From positions 12,214,001-12,278,000 of the forward strand of contig OZ176052.1 of assembly GCA_964247055.1 (NCBI GenBank): 64,000 bases of DNA. Direction: 5' to 3'. Source of the DNA: Paragordius varius. Its lineage: Eukaryota > Animalia > Nematomorpha. The notes under the pieces were generated by a model. It worked only from the letters and a program-made list of their open reading frames with translations. It was not told where the DNA came from and made no database searches. The position numbers were made by a program, and so were the translations under genes. Shown here piece after piece: positions 40,743 through 52,384 of this stretch; within the stretch, counting starts at the first letter, position 1, and the number at the start of each line of letters is the position of its first letter.

Positions 40743-42007
40743 TTAATGTTGTTGTTTTTCACGGCTTTTACTGCGGGATTTGTGCTTATGCCTAAAAATA
40801 TTGAAAAATACATATTAAATAAAAATATCTTCATTGAATGAAAGATAAGATTTAAGATTCAAAATAAACAAAAATTAATAGTAAATATCAAAAAATAATG
40901 TAAAGATATATAAAAAATTACTTTCGTTTCCTGAGTTTCAATTTTTGTGGTGAAATGCTCCGCTATAATTATATAAAAAATATATAAATAATAAATTCTT
41001 ATAAAAAACAACAAATTGGTAGAAATGTAGTTAAATATAAATTTGTGAAAAATATTATCTTTTGAGCAAATATAAAAACATTTACGGTTTACATCTTGTC
41101 TATTTTTATCAAATATAAAAGTACCCTTCTTTTGTGATCGGATTGATTTTTACTATCCAAATCTTGTTCCATCTCAATATGTAAAGCGCTAACCCTCGGC
41201 TCTAAATTTTCGGCTTCTTCTAATACATATCGTTTCTGGATAACACACATAAAATATTTATGAGCTATTATTTTAATATATACGTGTTAACATTAACAGT
41301 ACACTGAAAATCTAAATTATGTTCACCCCTTTTGAAAATTATAAAAAACAAAATTGAAGCTAAAAATTATAAAAAAAATGTTAAACTGTGCAAAAAATAT
41401 TGAAAACGGCAAAAGCTAAATATTAACTTGTATCCTAGGCAAAGCTATATCACAAAAGCGATCTGAATGCAAGAGTTTATCGATCAGATCATCCATATAT
41501 AAAAGTTCGAATTCTAAAAAAAGTTAGAGTTTGGTTATTACTTCCTTGCCGATTCATATATCTTAATTTTCTGTAATCATTATAAAGTGGTTCCAAATAT
41601 TTGTAACAATCCATAGATGTGCCTGTGAGGCGTAAATAATATGCACCAAGAGCTCTCAAATATCTTTGAATTATATAAAAAACATTTCACTTAAAATCAT
41701 CATTCTTTATAAATTCCAAAACAATGTCTTTTTCTGGTTGTATTTGAAGCATTTTTAATATCAAGCAGAGAAAAGGGGTAGGCTTGATATTACCACCATA
41801 CACTCCACCCAAATATCGTATGTCAAGGGCTTTGTCGACAATGGATTCGGCTAAAATATAAATCAATGCTATATTACCTGTAAGTGCAAAGCATTCTTCT
41901 TTCCAGTACCTTGAATCATATATACGGGTTCTTATAATTTTCTCAATCAAATATTGAGGATTTGTTCCCTTGATCGTTTTGGCATCTTTTACTGTTCGGT
42001 TAGCCAT
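40743..42007 (-). CDS. PRPF38A: Pre-mRNA splicing factor Prp38 (PRPF38A orthologue), 232 aa. Exons: 41878-42007, 41691-41850, 41542-41663, 41428-41513, 41125-41235, 40922-40962, 40743-40791
   Basis: The spliced product MANRTVKDAKTIKGTNPQYLIEKIIRTRIYDSRYWKEECFALT|AESIVDK...GGNIKPTPFLCLILKMLQIQPEKDIVLEFIKNDDFK|YLRALGAYYLRLTG...LPRIQ|KRYVLEEAENLEPRVSAL... with an RS-like tail matches Prp38. All introns are GT-AG and phase-consistent. The last two exons are less certain. Confidence 0.95.
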
Positions 42008-43192
42008 GTGTTATTTGAATCTGTTAAATTTTCAAAAAACGCGTTTCAGCTTAACTAAAATTAAATCAAGCGCTTAATTGCTCATGGAAAAGCATCTTTA
42101 AAAGAGTAATTTTTGAATTAGTCTTAATTGCAAATATTTTATTGAATCCTATTTATTTATTTTATATATTCATGGTTAATAATATCTTTTAAAAACTTAT
42201 CAAGGCTATATTAAAAATTAATGTCCATGGAAACTGAAATTTTTTATATTAGCCCTCTGCATTTTTGTTTGCCTGAACTCTCTTTAATTTGTTAACAATA
42301 GGACTAAAGTGGAAAATTGTATACAGGGGGACCACGTAAGGGATATGTGAATATATCCATTTTAAAATATGCTTGAAACATAATAAGCATTTTGTTTCTT
42401 GGTATAAATCAAATTTTTTAATAATTTTTAATTTGGATAATTTTTATCAAAAATATGTTATAGTTAAAGTTGATAATTTTATTTATTTATTGGAGCGGAA
42501 ACTAGTTTATGAAAACTATTAGCGTTTGGAATACGATTGCGAAACCGCAAAACTAAAATTTGCAAGCCCGAACTCATTCTTGTTGCAGTCCATATATTAT
42601 ACAATTTTTTAATATGGGTTTACCACAAATTATCCCTCACCAAAGCTATTTATTGGAAATAATGCGATCTAAGTATTACTAGGCATTGCCTTGATTAAAA
42701 CAGTTTACATGGTTTTATCCAACATTTTTTATTATTTTTAAACAGAGAGGACCTAGTAATAGAGCCCTTAATTTTAATAAGGATGAAAAAAATTTAGGAT
42801 CAATATAAAACTGAAGGCAGGTTGCTGAATAAGGTTGCGTGGAAAGCATCTAAACCTTGTTTCTACCAGAACCTTAAACAAGGTAACCCCATGCCTCCGA
42901 AGGTACACAACTTTGTAATGGATAGCATCGTTAATTCCTTAAACATAATGATGAATAAAAACTATTTTTACACGTTGAGCAATGCTGATTATATATGTTT
43001 GACAAACTGACGAGTAGTTATGGTATAAATAATAATAGGGCTGAATTTGATGGCGAGATTAGCTATGAGAAATTAATCCTTGATGTAGAATTATGCAAAA
43101 AACTCATATATATAATGCCAATATAAAAGGATAGGTGTAAGAGAGGCTATTTAAGAGTTAATGACCCATGTTCGGGTAAGTATTACTTGCGT

Positions 43193-43304
43193 CCTTATAC
43201 TTAAATCCTTATGCTTAAATCCTTATGCTTAATTCCTTATGCTTGCGTCCTTATGCTTAAATCCTTATGCTTACGTCCTTATGCTTACATCCTTATGCTT
43301 ACAT
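43193..43304 (+). repeat. Subterminal tandem array, 8 x 14-bp CCTTATGCTTAnnT (left arm)
   Basis: Eight units counted directly. Confidence 0.95.
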
Positions 43305-43342
43305 TTTTGAATAAAAATAATACATTCATCATAAGTCTGCTC

Positions 43343-46300
43343 GGACTTTTTGTTGTGCGGTACCGGCTGACTTAGCTATGGCGGAATTCCATCCAGGCTA
43401 GAATGCAACACGATGATGGTGATGGCAATGGCTTTGCGCGCTGGCAGGGGATTATGTGGCGACTTGGGGAATTGATATACTGCTCTGGAGACGACATGGT
43501 TCTATGATCCTGATCTTTTGGGGAGGGAGGATAATAACTACACTAAACAATCTTCTGCAAAGATCTCCTACTGGGCTCTACGACACCCTCACTGTATGCC
43601 TTTGCCATTCCCGGCATAATTATAGGAGCGCTTGGGGGTGGCGCGTCAGGTAGGCAGAATTGACTTCGCAGCGATTGGATAGCTGTAGCAGTTTGGATGT
43701 AGCTTTAACAGATAAGACTTATTTCATTACCTTATTTAATTACCTTTAATTAATTAATTATCTTTACTATTAACTTTTGTTTGAAAACTCTAATAATTGA
43801 TACTTGCTAATTTGCTGTTTACTTTTACTGAATGACCTTAAGCTATAATGTTGAGCTCGTTTGCATTGTCCTTGCGGGACGGGGCAGTTACCCACCGGGT
43901 CAGCCGTAATAATAATAATGTGCTATGATAATTTATGGAAGGGATACATTCTAGGATACGGTTAGCCTTTACGAATAACCGTTTACGTTTACTACATGAT
44001 AGCTTGATAAGATACCAATCCTATTCATTATAGCCAGCCTTATCTTATTGTTAACGATGATATTAGCCTATCCCGCCCATTGATGCTGTGTCATTCGTTA
44101 GCGATAAGAACCTGTAATTAAATTTATCACTTTAAGATGGACGTCTTATCCTTAAAGGATATTTAAAGAGACTCTATTTTACTACAGTTATTGTCGCCTA
44201 AATTTATAAAAAGTATATTCATGGTAATGCTATAAATCAACGCTCGCTTACCTCATTACTCGCTAGATAATTGGCAACTCATGGTGACGTTTCAAGGATT
44301 TTATTAAAGCAATTTGCAACTCTTGAATATAGTTAAATGTAACATAGATGTGGAAAGCGCATTTGCCAAACTATAAATCAAAATTGAATGCCTGTGATTT
44401 TGCAACTCAGCGTGAATCAACGCGGTATATGAATTTACTACTGATAAGATTATATGTTGATGCGGGAAGAAATGGTTAAAAAATTTTTATTACTCGGCTG
44501 TTATCAGATCCAGATATATTTATTTCATCTATTGTACAATTTTATTACCTCGTTTATACATCCATATGTCTACCCCACATCTTTTAAAATTTGGCTCATG
44601 GAACGTCCCTGGAATTCAGAACAAGTTGGCGGAGGTGAGGACGATCTGCACAAATACCTCCCTCCAACTTCTTTGTCTTCAGGAAACCCGCTGCGCCTTC
44701 AATGGCCGCCAGAAATTTGGTCAACGCTTCACCCTTTTCAGTAGTAAGGCAGAAGGTATGTCTGGAGGTGTTGGATTCCTCGTAAGGCGCAACATTCTGA
44801 GGCGGGTTACTAACTTCGTGCCGCATTCCCATAGACTGGCCGAACTTCACATAAAAATCAACACCAAATGTTACACGCTTATTAGCGCTTATGGACCTCA
44901 TGACATCTCAGAGTACCCTGAGTTTTTGAATGACCTGGGAACCATTCTGGATTCGGTGCCGGCACGGAATCGTCTCCTGATTTTTGGTGATATGAACTGC
45001 CGAGTGGGAAGAAACATATCCTCGTGGGCTATTGGAAGACCTCTTACCACTTCCACCAAGGCAGGTAGACTTCTTGCAACCTTTTGTGATAATCGTCGTC
45101 TATTGATTGGTAACACCTTCTTCCCTGATAGCCAACATGGTCCGTATACAAGAATTGCAAGGAATGTGTGTCCTTCCCAAATTGATTTTGTTATTATACG
45201 GGAGAAAGATCTATCAATGGTGAAGAAAGTTGGCTGCGCGTTATACAACGACCTTATCAGCGATCACCTTTTGATCTGCGCTGAGTTGCAGGTGACCTGG
45301 GTCCCTCCGTGCCCATTCATAGGTCCGAAGTCGGAGTGGGCCACTGTGCTTGGTGAGCTCTCTTCCAGAACCAGGCAAAGACATGTTGTCTACGAGGACT
45401 GGCTATCTGCTGGGACTAAACGATTTCTCCATGCAATACGAAATAAATGTTACACGAGTCGTCGCAGAGCATGGATTAGAGCCAATGCGGATCGCTTGAA
45501 ACGCAAGGACAGGCAGGCGTTTGTTTCCCGATATTTCTCTAAACTGGCGGCTAATGAGAAACACTCAAGAGAGCACTATTCAATGATTCGCTTCCTGCTT
45601 CGACGGCCCAGACCCTGTACTAGTCTACATTCTCATGGCAGGCTCATAATGGATAGCCAGAAGAACGTGATTTCTTTACACCGACATTACACTGATCTTT
45701 TGGGGAATAATAAAATGACCCAGGATGGCGTTGTCAATGATCATCCATTCTCATTGAAATTGAATGAAGGAACATTTCGCCTAGGTATTGAATTTCTACG
45801 AAATTATAAGTGCCCGGGCCAGACCGCAGCGTGGCAGATGCTTGGAAGAAGGAAATAGATTGGTGCACCGACAACATCTTACCTATCATCAATAGTTGGC
45901 TAGAACGTGGCACACTGATGGAGGAATGGGTGGAATGCGAGATAATTAACATTGCAAAACAAGATAAATTAGGCAATCCTAATGATTACAGGGGTATAGC
46001 ACTAGTGAATACAGTGTATAAGGTTTTGGCCAACATTGCCCTGTCTAGACTGCAGTCCTTTGATAATGAACTCCATCACGCAATCTGTGGTTTCAGGCGG
46101 GGAAGGGGAACGATGGATTTATTCTGTTCTCTGGTAATTTTCATCGAGAAAAGCAGGCGACATAAGCACCCGCTCTACTTGGGATTTGTGGATATAACCA
46201 AGGCATTCGATAAACTGGATAGGAAGCATGTCATGCACTTGCTGAAGAGGGTTGATATGGAGGAAAACTTCAAGAACTTTATACTCCACTTGATAATCCG

Positions 46301-47610
46301 TACGCGCAGTCGGGTAGCAGTTGAAACGACCCTTTCGGACTACATATACTCAGAACGAGGCCTGAAGCAAGGATGTCCTCTGTCCCCAAAACTCTTTAAC
46401 TTGGCTATGGACTCAATAGTACGGAAATTATACGCGAGGTTTCCCAACGTCTTTTTCCAGGTGCTCTGCTATGCAGACGACCTTTGCATCTTAACGGATA
46501 CGGAGCTAAACCTGGTGCAGGCCCTGGATCAGCTGGAATCTGAATTGACGCCTATTGGCCTAAATATTAATTATGAAAAGTCAAAAGTGATGATGATAGG
46601 TGGGTCTGATGCGAGGATGTTCAAAACTGTTGGTGGGGAACTGGAGGTTGTGGAGTCCTTTCGATACCTGGGAGTTATGGTGGACAAAAACGGATGCGCT
46701 CTTAACTCACCTCTACTCAGACTTCATTCCGCAAAGCTTATCTTCGACGGATTGCATTGTTTATGGCACTCGAAGGAGGTTGGTCAAAGGCTGAAGTTGA
46801 AAATATTTAAAAGTCTAATTCTCCCTAGAATCCTGTATGGTTTGTCGGTGTGGCCAAATTCTGTCAAACATACCCGCAAGGCTCAGGTATTTGTTAATAA
46901 ATCGTTAAGAGTCATCACGGGCGACATTTACTCCAGGAAAACACGATGCCAACTAGCCACTTGTAAGCTTCATCTAAAAACCGATACGTTGCCTTTAGTG
47001 CTGGGAATACCTCTGTCAAGTCTAAATGTGGTAGCCCACCAACTACGCCATGACGAAATGAGCCCGCTCAGGGCGGCACTAGAATGGAAACTGAATGATC
47101 GTCCAATTTATTGGAAATATAAAAAAACGTGGCTTGGGCGCATGTGTGTTTTCTTACAACGTGTGGGCCTTGCGGAGTCGGAGTTTGTAACTTTAGTACT
47201 GAACGGAGGTTGGAAGGATAAATGTACTCAAATTAAGAAAGAGTTATTAAAAGAAGAAGAAAAGATACATTACGCTAAACGGCAGCGTCGACGAGAACGC
47301 CGGCTTCAGAAACTATCCGCGAAAAAGGCGGACCCGGTGAGGGACAGTCTGTGGTTGTCTGTGACCTTAAATACTTTATTAGGGGGTAAATTACATATAA
47401 TTTAATATTACTATTATTATCGCTCTTAATTTATCGTTCTTGATTTATCTGATACTACATGTTTACTCTATATTCCCTTAGAAGTACCCGGCAATGAAGT
47501 GGCCCCCCCTGCCCTGAAGCGTGTAAAAGCGCAGGAAGGCGGTAAGGGTCGTCCTGTGCGGACAGTGGCGGTTGGGACCATGCCTGCCACACCCTTCTCT
47601 GGATACCTGG
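43343..47610 (+). mobile_element. RTE-like non-LTR retrotransposon insertion (4268 bp) with a 12-bp TSD
   Basis: ATAAGTCTGCTC is duplicated at 43331-43342 and 47611-47622. The opposite foldback arm preserves the empty site, catcATAAGTCTGCTCctagtagac. Confidence 0.9.
44566..47405 (+). pseudogene. APE endonuclease plus reverse transcriptase polyprotein (946 aa if restored), broken by one 1-bp deletion at ~45816-45818
   Basis: Endonuclease motifs GSWNV, LQETR, YGPH, GDMNCRVG, QIDFV, SDH. RT motifs YRGIALVN, GFRRGRGT, FVDITKAFD, GLKQGCPLSP, YADD, FRYLG. Adding one G to CCG-GG-CCA gives KCPGPD, the conserved K.PGPD linker, and fuses the 430-aa and 531-aa ORFs. Confidence 0.93.
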
Positions 47611-49812
47611 ATAAGTCTGCTCCTAGTAGACTTATTAAAATTTCAAAGTGGCATAACTTTAAAAATATTGTGAATTTTTTGATTCTGTAAATTGGAGGAG
47701 GGAAAGTAAAGTATATTAACAAATAATTTATAGGTTTGAGTAATGTTGCTTCAATCTTTTGGCATTACATGGGGTTTACACAACCCCTGTTAAAAAATAG
47801 AAAATTCCTAAAACATGCATACAAAATCAAAAGTTTTTTAGAAGTAGGTATGCATTTTATCCAACTATATTTTCTAGATTATTTGAGTCATGGAAAACGA
47901 AATATTTGCATACTTTGTGAAATAAAAAATCTATCCAGTTTTTCAAATTCTTTAAATTGGAGGATAAAAATGATGTATATACAACAAATTATTTATAGGT
48001 TTTAGAAATTGAATAATCGCATACACATCTTAGTGAACTAAGCTTCTTGAAAAAATATATCTGGAACATACATGTAACACCCAAAGCTTTTTAGAAGGTG
48101 TGCAATTGATTTAACCATATTTTTTAGATTTCGATGTCATGCGATAAAATTATCTGCGCACTTTTTGCATTTTGAGGATGAAGCATTGAAGAATCTAGTT
48201 ATTTTATTGGATTTCATAAAATTTATACTATTTGATATATAAAATTATATATTTATGTTTATTGTCAATAAATATATGATAAATTTACTTTAGTTGCAAG
48301 CGTCTAAAAATCATTTTAATCCACAGTGCACAAAATCGGAGGCTATAAAAAAAATTATGATCAATCAAATATAAAGTATATTAGGAGTATCATGGTGCTT
48401 GGTTTTAGGCCTAACGAATAATATTGATGTATATCCAATTTTGTGGTAATTGTTCCTTATCGAAAGGTTGCAAATTAGGCAAACTTATTTGGAGTCTACG
48501 CTTAAAATTCTAAACTTCATTTTGGTTTTCAAATATAGTTTATATTTAAATGATGTTATTAAAGGACAAACTTTGACCAAAAAGGCCCCTAAATATTTCC
48601 CCAAATTTAAAGCAAATGCTAATCAAAATTTTGAGAAATGTTAAACATCATGAAATTATATATAAAAAATGTTTTTGTGATTTCTTAAAGCACCATAAAA
48701 TACGATTGCCAAAATTTTTAAAAAATCTATTATATTGTCAAATTCTAATTTATATGAAAAATATTATCGCGCATCGGCTTTTTTAAAAAAACTGGCCCAT
48801 TTTAGAGAAGTCCAAAAAGTTGAGTTGTCGCCTACGCTTAAAATTTTAAATTTTATTTTTGTTTTCGAATATAGTTCATATCATAATATAATGGTATTTT
48901 TAAAGGGAAGCATTTAGCTTTCACCAAAAAAATTTATAAATTTGTTTAATTTGCAACCTTTCGATAAGGAACAAATACCACAAAATTGGATATAACTCTA
49001 AATTATTCGTTAGGCCTAAAACCAAGCACCATGATACTCCTAATATACTTTATATTTGATTGATCATAATTTTTTTTATAGCCTCCGATTTTGTGCACTG
49101 TGGATTAAAATGATTTTTAGACGCTTGCAACTAAAGTAAATTTATCATATATTTATTGACAATAAACATAAATATATAATTTTATATATCAAATAGTAAA
49201 AATTTTATGAAATCCAATAAAAGATTCTTCAATGCTTCATCCTCAAAATGCAAAAAGTGCGCAGATAATTCGATTGCATGACATCGAAATCTAAAAAATA
49301 TGGTTAAATCAATTGCACACCTTCTAAAAAACTTTGGGTGTTACATGTATGTTCCAGATATATATTTTCAAGAAGCTTAGTTCACTATCTAAAACCTATG
49401 AATAATTTGTTATATATACATCATTTTTATCCTCCAATTTAAAGAATATGAAAAACTGGATAGATTTTTTTATTTCACAAAGTATGCAAATATTTCGTTT
49501 TCCATGACTCAAAATCTAAAAAATATAGTTGGATAAAATGCATACCTATTTCTTCTAAAAAACTTTTGATTTTGTATGCCTGTTTTAGGAATTTTCTATT
49601 TTTTAACAGGGGTTGTGTAAGCCCCTTGTAATGCCAAAAGATTGAAGCAACATTACTCAAACCTATAAATTATTTGTTAAATATACTTTACTTTCCCTCC
49701 TCCAATTTACAGAATCAAAAAATTCACAATATTTTTAAAGTTATGCCACTTTGAAATTTTAATAAGTCTACTAGGAGCAGACTTATGATGAATGTATTAT
49801 TTTTATTCAAAA

Positions 49813-49924
49813 ATGTAAGCATAAGGATGTAAGCATAAGGATTTAAGCATAAGGACGTAAGCATAAGGATTTAAGCATAAGGACGTAAGCATAAGGAATT
49901 AAGCATAAGGATTTAAGCATAAGG
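49813..49924 (-). repeat. Subterminal tandem array, 8 x 14-bp (right arm)
   Basis: Eight AnnTAAGCATAAGG units counted directly. Confidence 0.95.
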
Positions 49925-52384
49925 ACGCAAGTAATACTTACCCGAACATGGGTCATTATCTATACCTATGGCCGGCCTCTTACACATCACTTGCATCATA
50001 ACTATCGAGGTCCTTTATCGGAAGCATTGGATTGGATAATCGTTCCTTCTCGAAGTACAAAAGGTCTTGTGGCTAAATATGGCCATAAAGCGTGTAAAAC
50101 AGAATGTATGTATTTATAAAAATGGCAATTATTAAAGTTTGGAAAAGCCCCCAACAAATTAAAAACAAAGTTTTATAAAGGAGGAACTCGCCTTACAAAT
50201 CAAAAGCCGGAGAGAAGGGAGAGAAAAAGGAAGACCAACGTCTTATTCCATCCCAAACCACTGCATGGCGCGATATGATATAAACACTGTATTGACAGCC
50301 AGACACAATAACACCCAAGGTTCCTTTAAATTTAAATATGCTATAATTAGGATTATTCTCTAAATATAGCTTAAATAACGCTTGCTATACTCTCTCGGTT
50401 ATGATATACCCGCGATGGTCATCGGTTGGACTCTTCATTTGATTAGTGTGAAGTCATTATGATGTAGTATCAGTTGCTGGAATAAAAAACCCATTATTCG
50501 TGGTTAAAAATATTCCTGGAAATGTTCATTAAATTTAATATAGTGCCTAATCGTAGTATTTATGTTTTTAACATTTCTTTGAATGTTAATTTCCTGTTTT
50601 GGTTTAAAAAGTAAATTAATTATTAAGCAATTTTCAGTTGAATTTTAATATGTATAGATGAGAACTTTTTTCAAATTTTGTATTGAATACCCATGTGAAA
50701 TTATTTTTGGCCAAAATTCAAATCCTTATATTTAACTTTATCTATAAACCAATAATATAGTATAAATTTTACGAGGATTATTGAATGAGTACATATGCAA
50801 AATATTTTCTTTTGATAAAAACCTTTGACAAAAAAATATTTATACAGTTATTAATCCTCTACGATAAGTTCCAAAAACAAAAGGTAATCTTAAAATTTTA
50901 ATAGAAAATCTTAATGTAATTATCTCGGTTTATGACGGAATTAGATTTTTAATAGATTGTATGTAAAATTAAACTTCTGTAAATATACCAAGATTAAAAG
51001 TAAAAATAATTATGATTTCATATTATAATTGTTTTTCTAGTAAATGCAATTAAATATAGCGAAACAATTTAATTTATAGCGCGCGTGATTTTAATCAAGT
51101 AATTTTTAATGGTGGAAAAAACAGTTTCATTTCATCACAATTATTAAAATAAATCGTTTATAATTATTATTGTTAATTTGCTAACTTAATTGTGCATAAA
51201 AAAATTTAAAATTCCTATTAAAAGTAGTAGTTTTTTTTTCATTTATTATCACAAAGTTCAAATCAAATGAAGAGAATGAATAATAGCTTGAAAAATACAT
51301 TAAATGTGTCTAATTTTGTCATTATTGTAAGATTTTCCTAATTTTCACATATTCAAACATAATTCATTGACATTTTTATCAAAATAACATTTCACAGTCA
51401 TAGTTAAAAATTGCTTTAAATTATGAACTAAAACACAATTTTAAAAAAATCTAAATTGCTTCTTAGAAGTACAATCATCAAATAACTGTCAATAGAAATC
51501 ATAGGGGATGAAAGATTTATTAAAATGTTGTTTAATATACAAATTGCCATAGATCATGTGTATAATTTATAAATGCTACTAATTATAAAATAAAATATTT
51601 ACAAATGAAACTTATGAAAAAATAAAATAGTTGAAATTATCGGGGTGCAAATGCAAAATTTATTTGGTTCAAACATATGAAGAATTCAAAAAATGCAAAT
51701 TTATCAAAGCGCTATGGCAACATTCATCCTATTTACAACAATTTATTAATATAATGTGTCCAATATCATTTGTATAAATAAATATTAAGTATATGTAACT
51801 TAAATTAAGTATAATATGCGGTTAAAAATATTTTGTAAAAAAAAATTTTAATTAAAAATTGATGGATTCATAAATGCTTTAATGGTCAAAAATAGAGAAA
51901 TAAGGCTAATAAAAATATTTATAAATATAAATGAAAATATGCATGATCTGTAATTGGATACATGCTCAGTGAAGTTTTTTCAATTAAAATTTTTATAGAC
52001 ATAAAACACATGTTGATGCTGGTGGATGCGTGGTTAAGATTTTTTTCATTATATTTTACAATAAAATATTCTCGAACAATAAAAACAGGAAACATAAGCC
52101 AATTCGTTTTTTAATAAATATATATTATATAAATTAATTAATTTTATGATACATTATTCATATTAAATAAAAATTTATGTTAAAAATTGTCCGGGTTTGG
52201 ATATATGGCAATATTCAAAAAAATAAAATATTTATAATACAGTAACGAGTACCTACATTGGCCATTACGGTTTAAATTGGCTAACAGAGTAATTATTTTA
52301 CATGTCTGTTGCCATGTATGAGATTCATCTATATTAGTTACATTTTTGAAAAATGTCAAGAAGAAATACAATATTTAATTAAAT

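Larger units (their letters stand above)
43161..49956. mobile_element. Foldback-type non-autonomous DNA transposon (~2.5 kb without the insert; ~1-kb arms, ~470-bp spacer)
   Basis: The left arm (43161-43342 plus 47623-48477) is the reverse complement of the right arm (48947-49956). Outer ends are TA|ATGACCCATGTTCGGG...CCCGAACATGGGTCAT|TA. The spacer contains a ~50-bp direct repeat (~48494 and ~48830) and no transposase. Confidence 0.9.

Noticed and set aside
43130-43160. Short inverted match across the foldback insertion site (gtgtaagag..gc / gcctcttacac at ~49977-49987)
   Set aside because: Only about 11 bp with an indel and no further extension; compatible with chance.
43193-43304. CRISPR-like or telomeric array
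   Set aside because: The 14-bp units have no unique spacers, are mirrored in the opposite TIR, and lie in a eukaryotic context with no cas genes. They are subterminal transposon repeats.
45800-45860. Programmed -1 frameshift between the endonuclease and RT ORFs
   Set aside because: There is no X XXY YYZ slippery site, and RTE elements encode these domains in one ORF. A 1-bp G-run deletion explains it.
47480-47610. HDV-like or twister ribozyme in the RTE 3' cap (minus strand has GGCATGGTCCCA, as in HDV)
   Set aside because: I could not find the required P1/P2 partner strands or the twister pseudoknot pairings.
47736-49660. Short ORFs at 47736, 48450, 48735 and 49475 as genes or a transposase
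   Set aside because: They are AT-rich chance frames within foldback arms or the spacer, duplicated by the inverted repeat, with no catalytic motifs.
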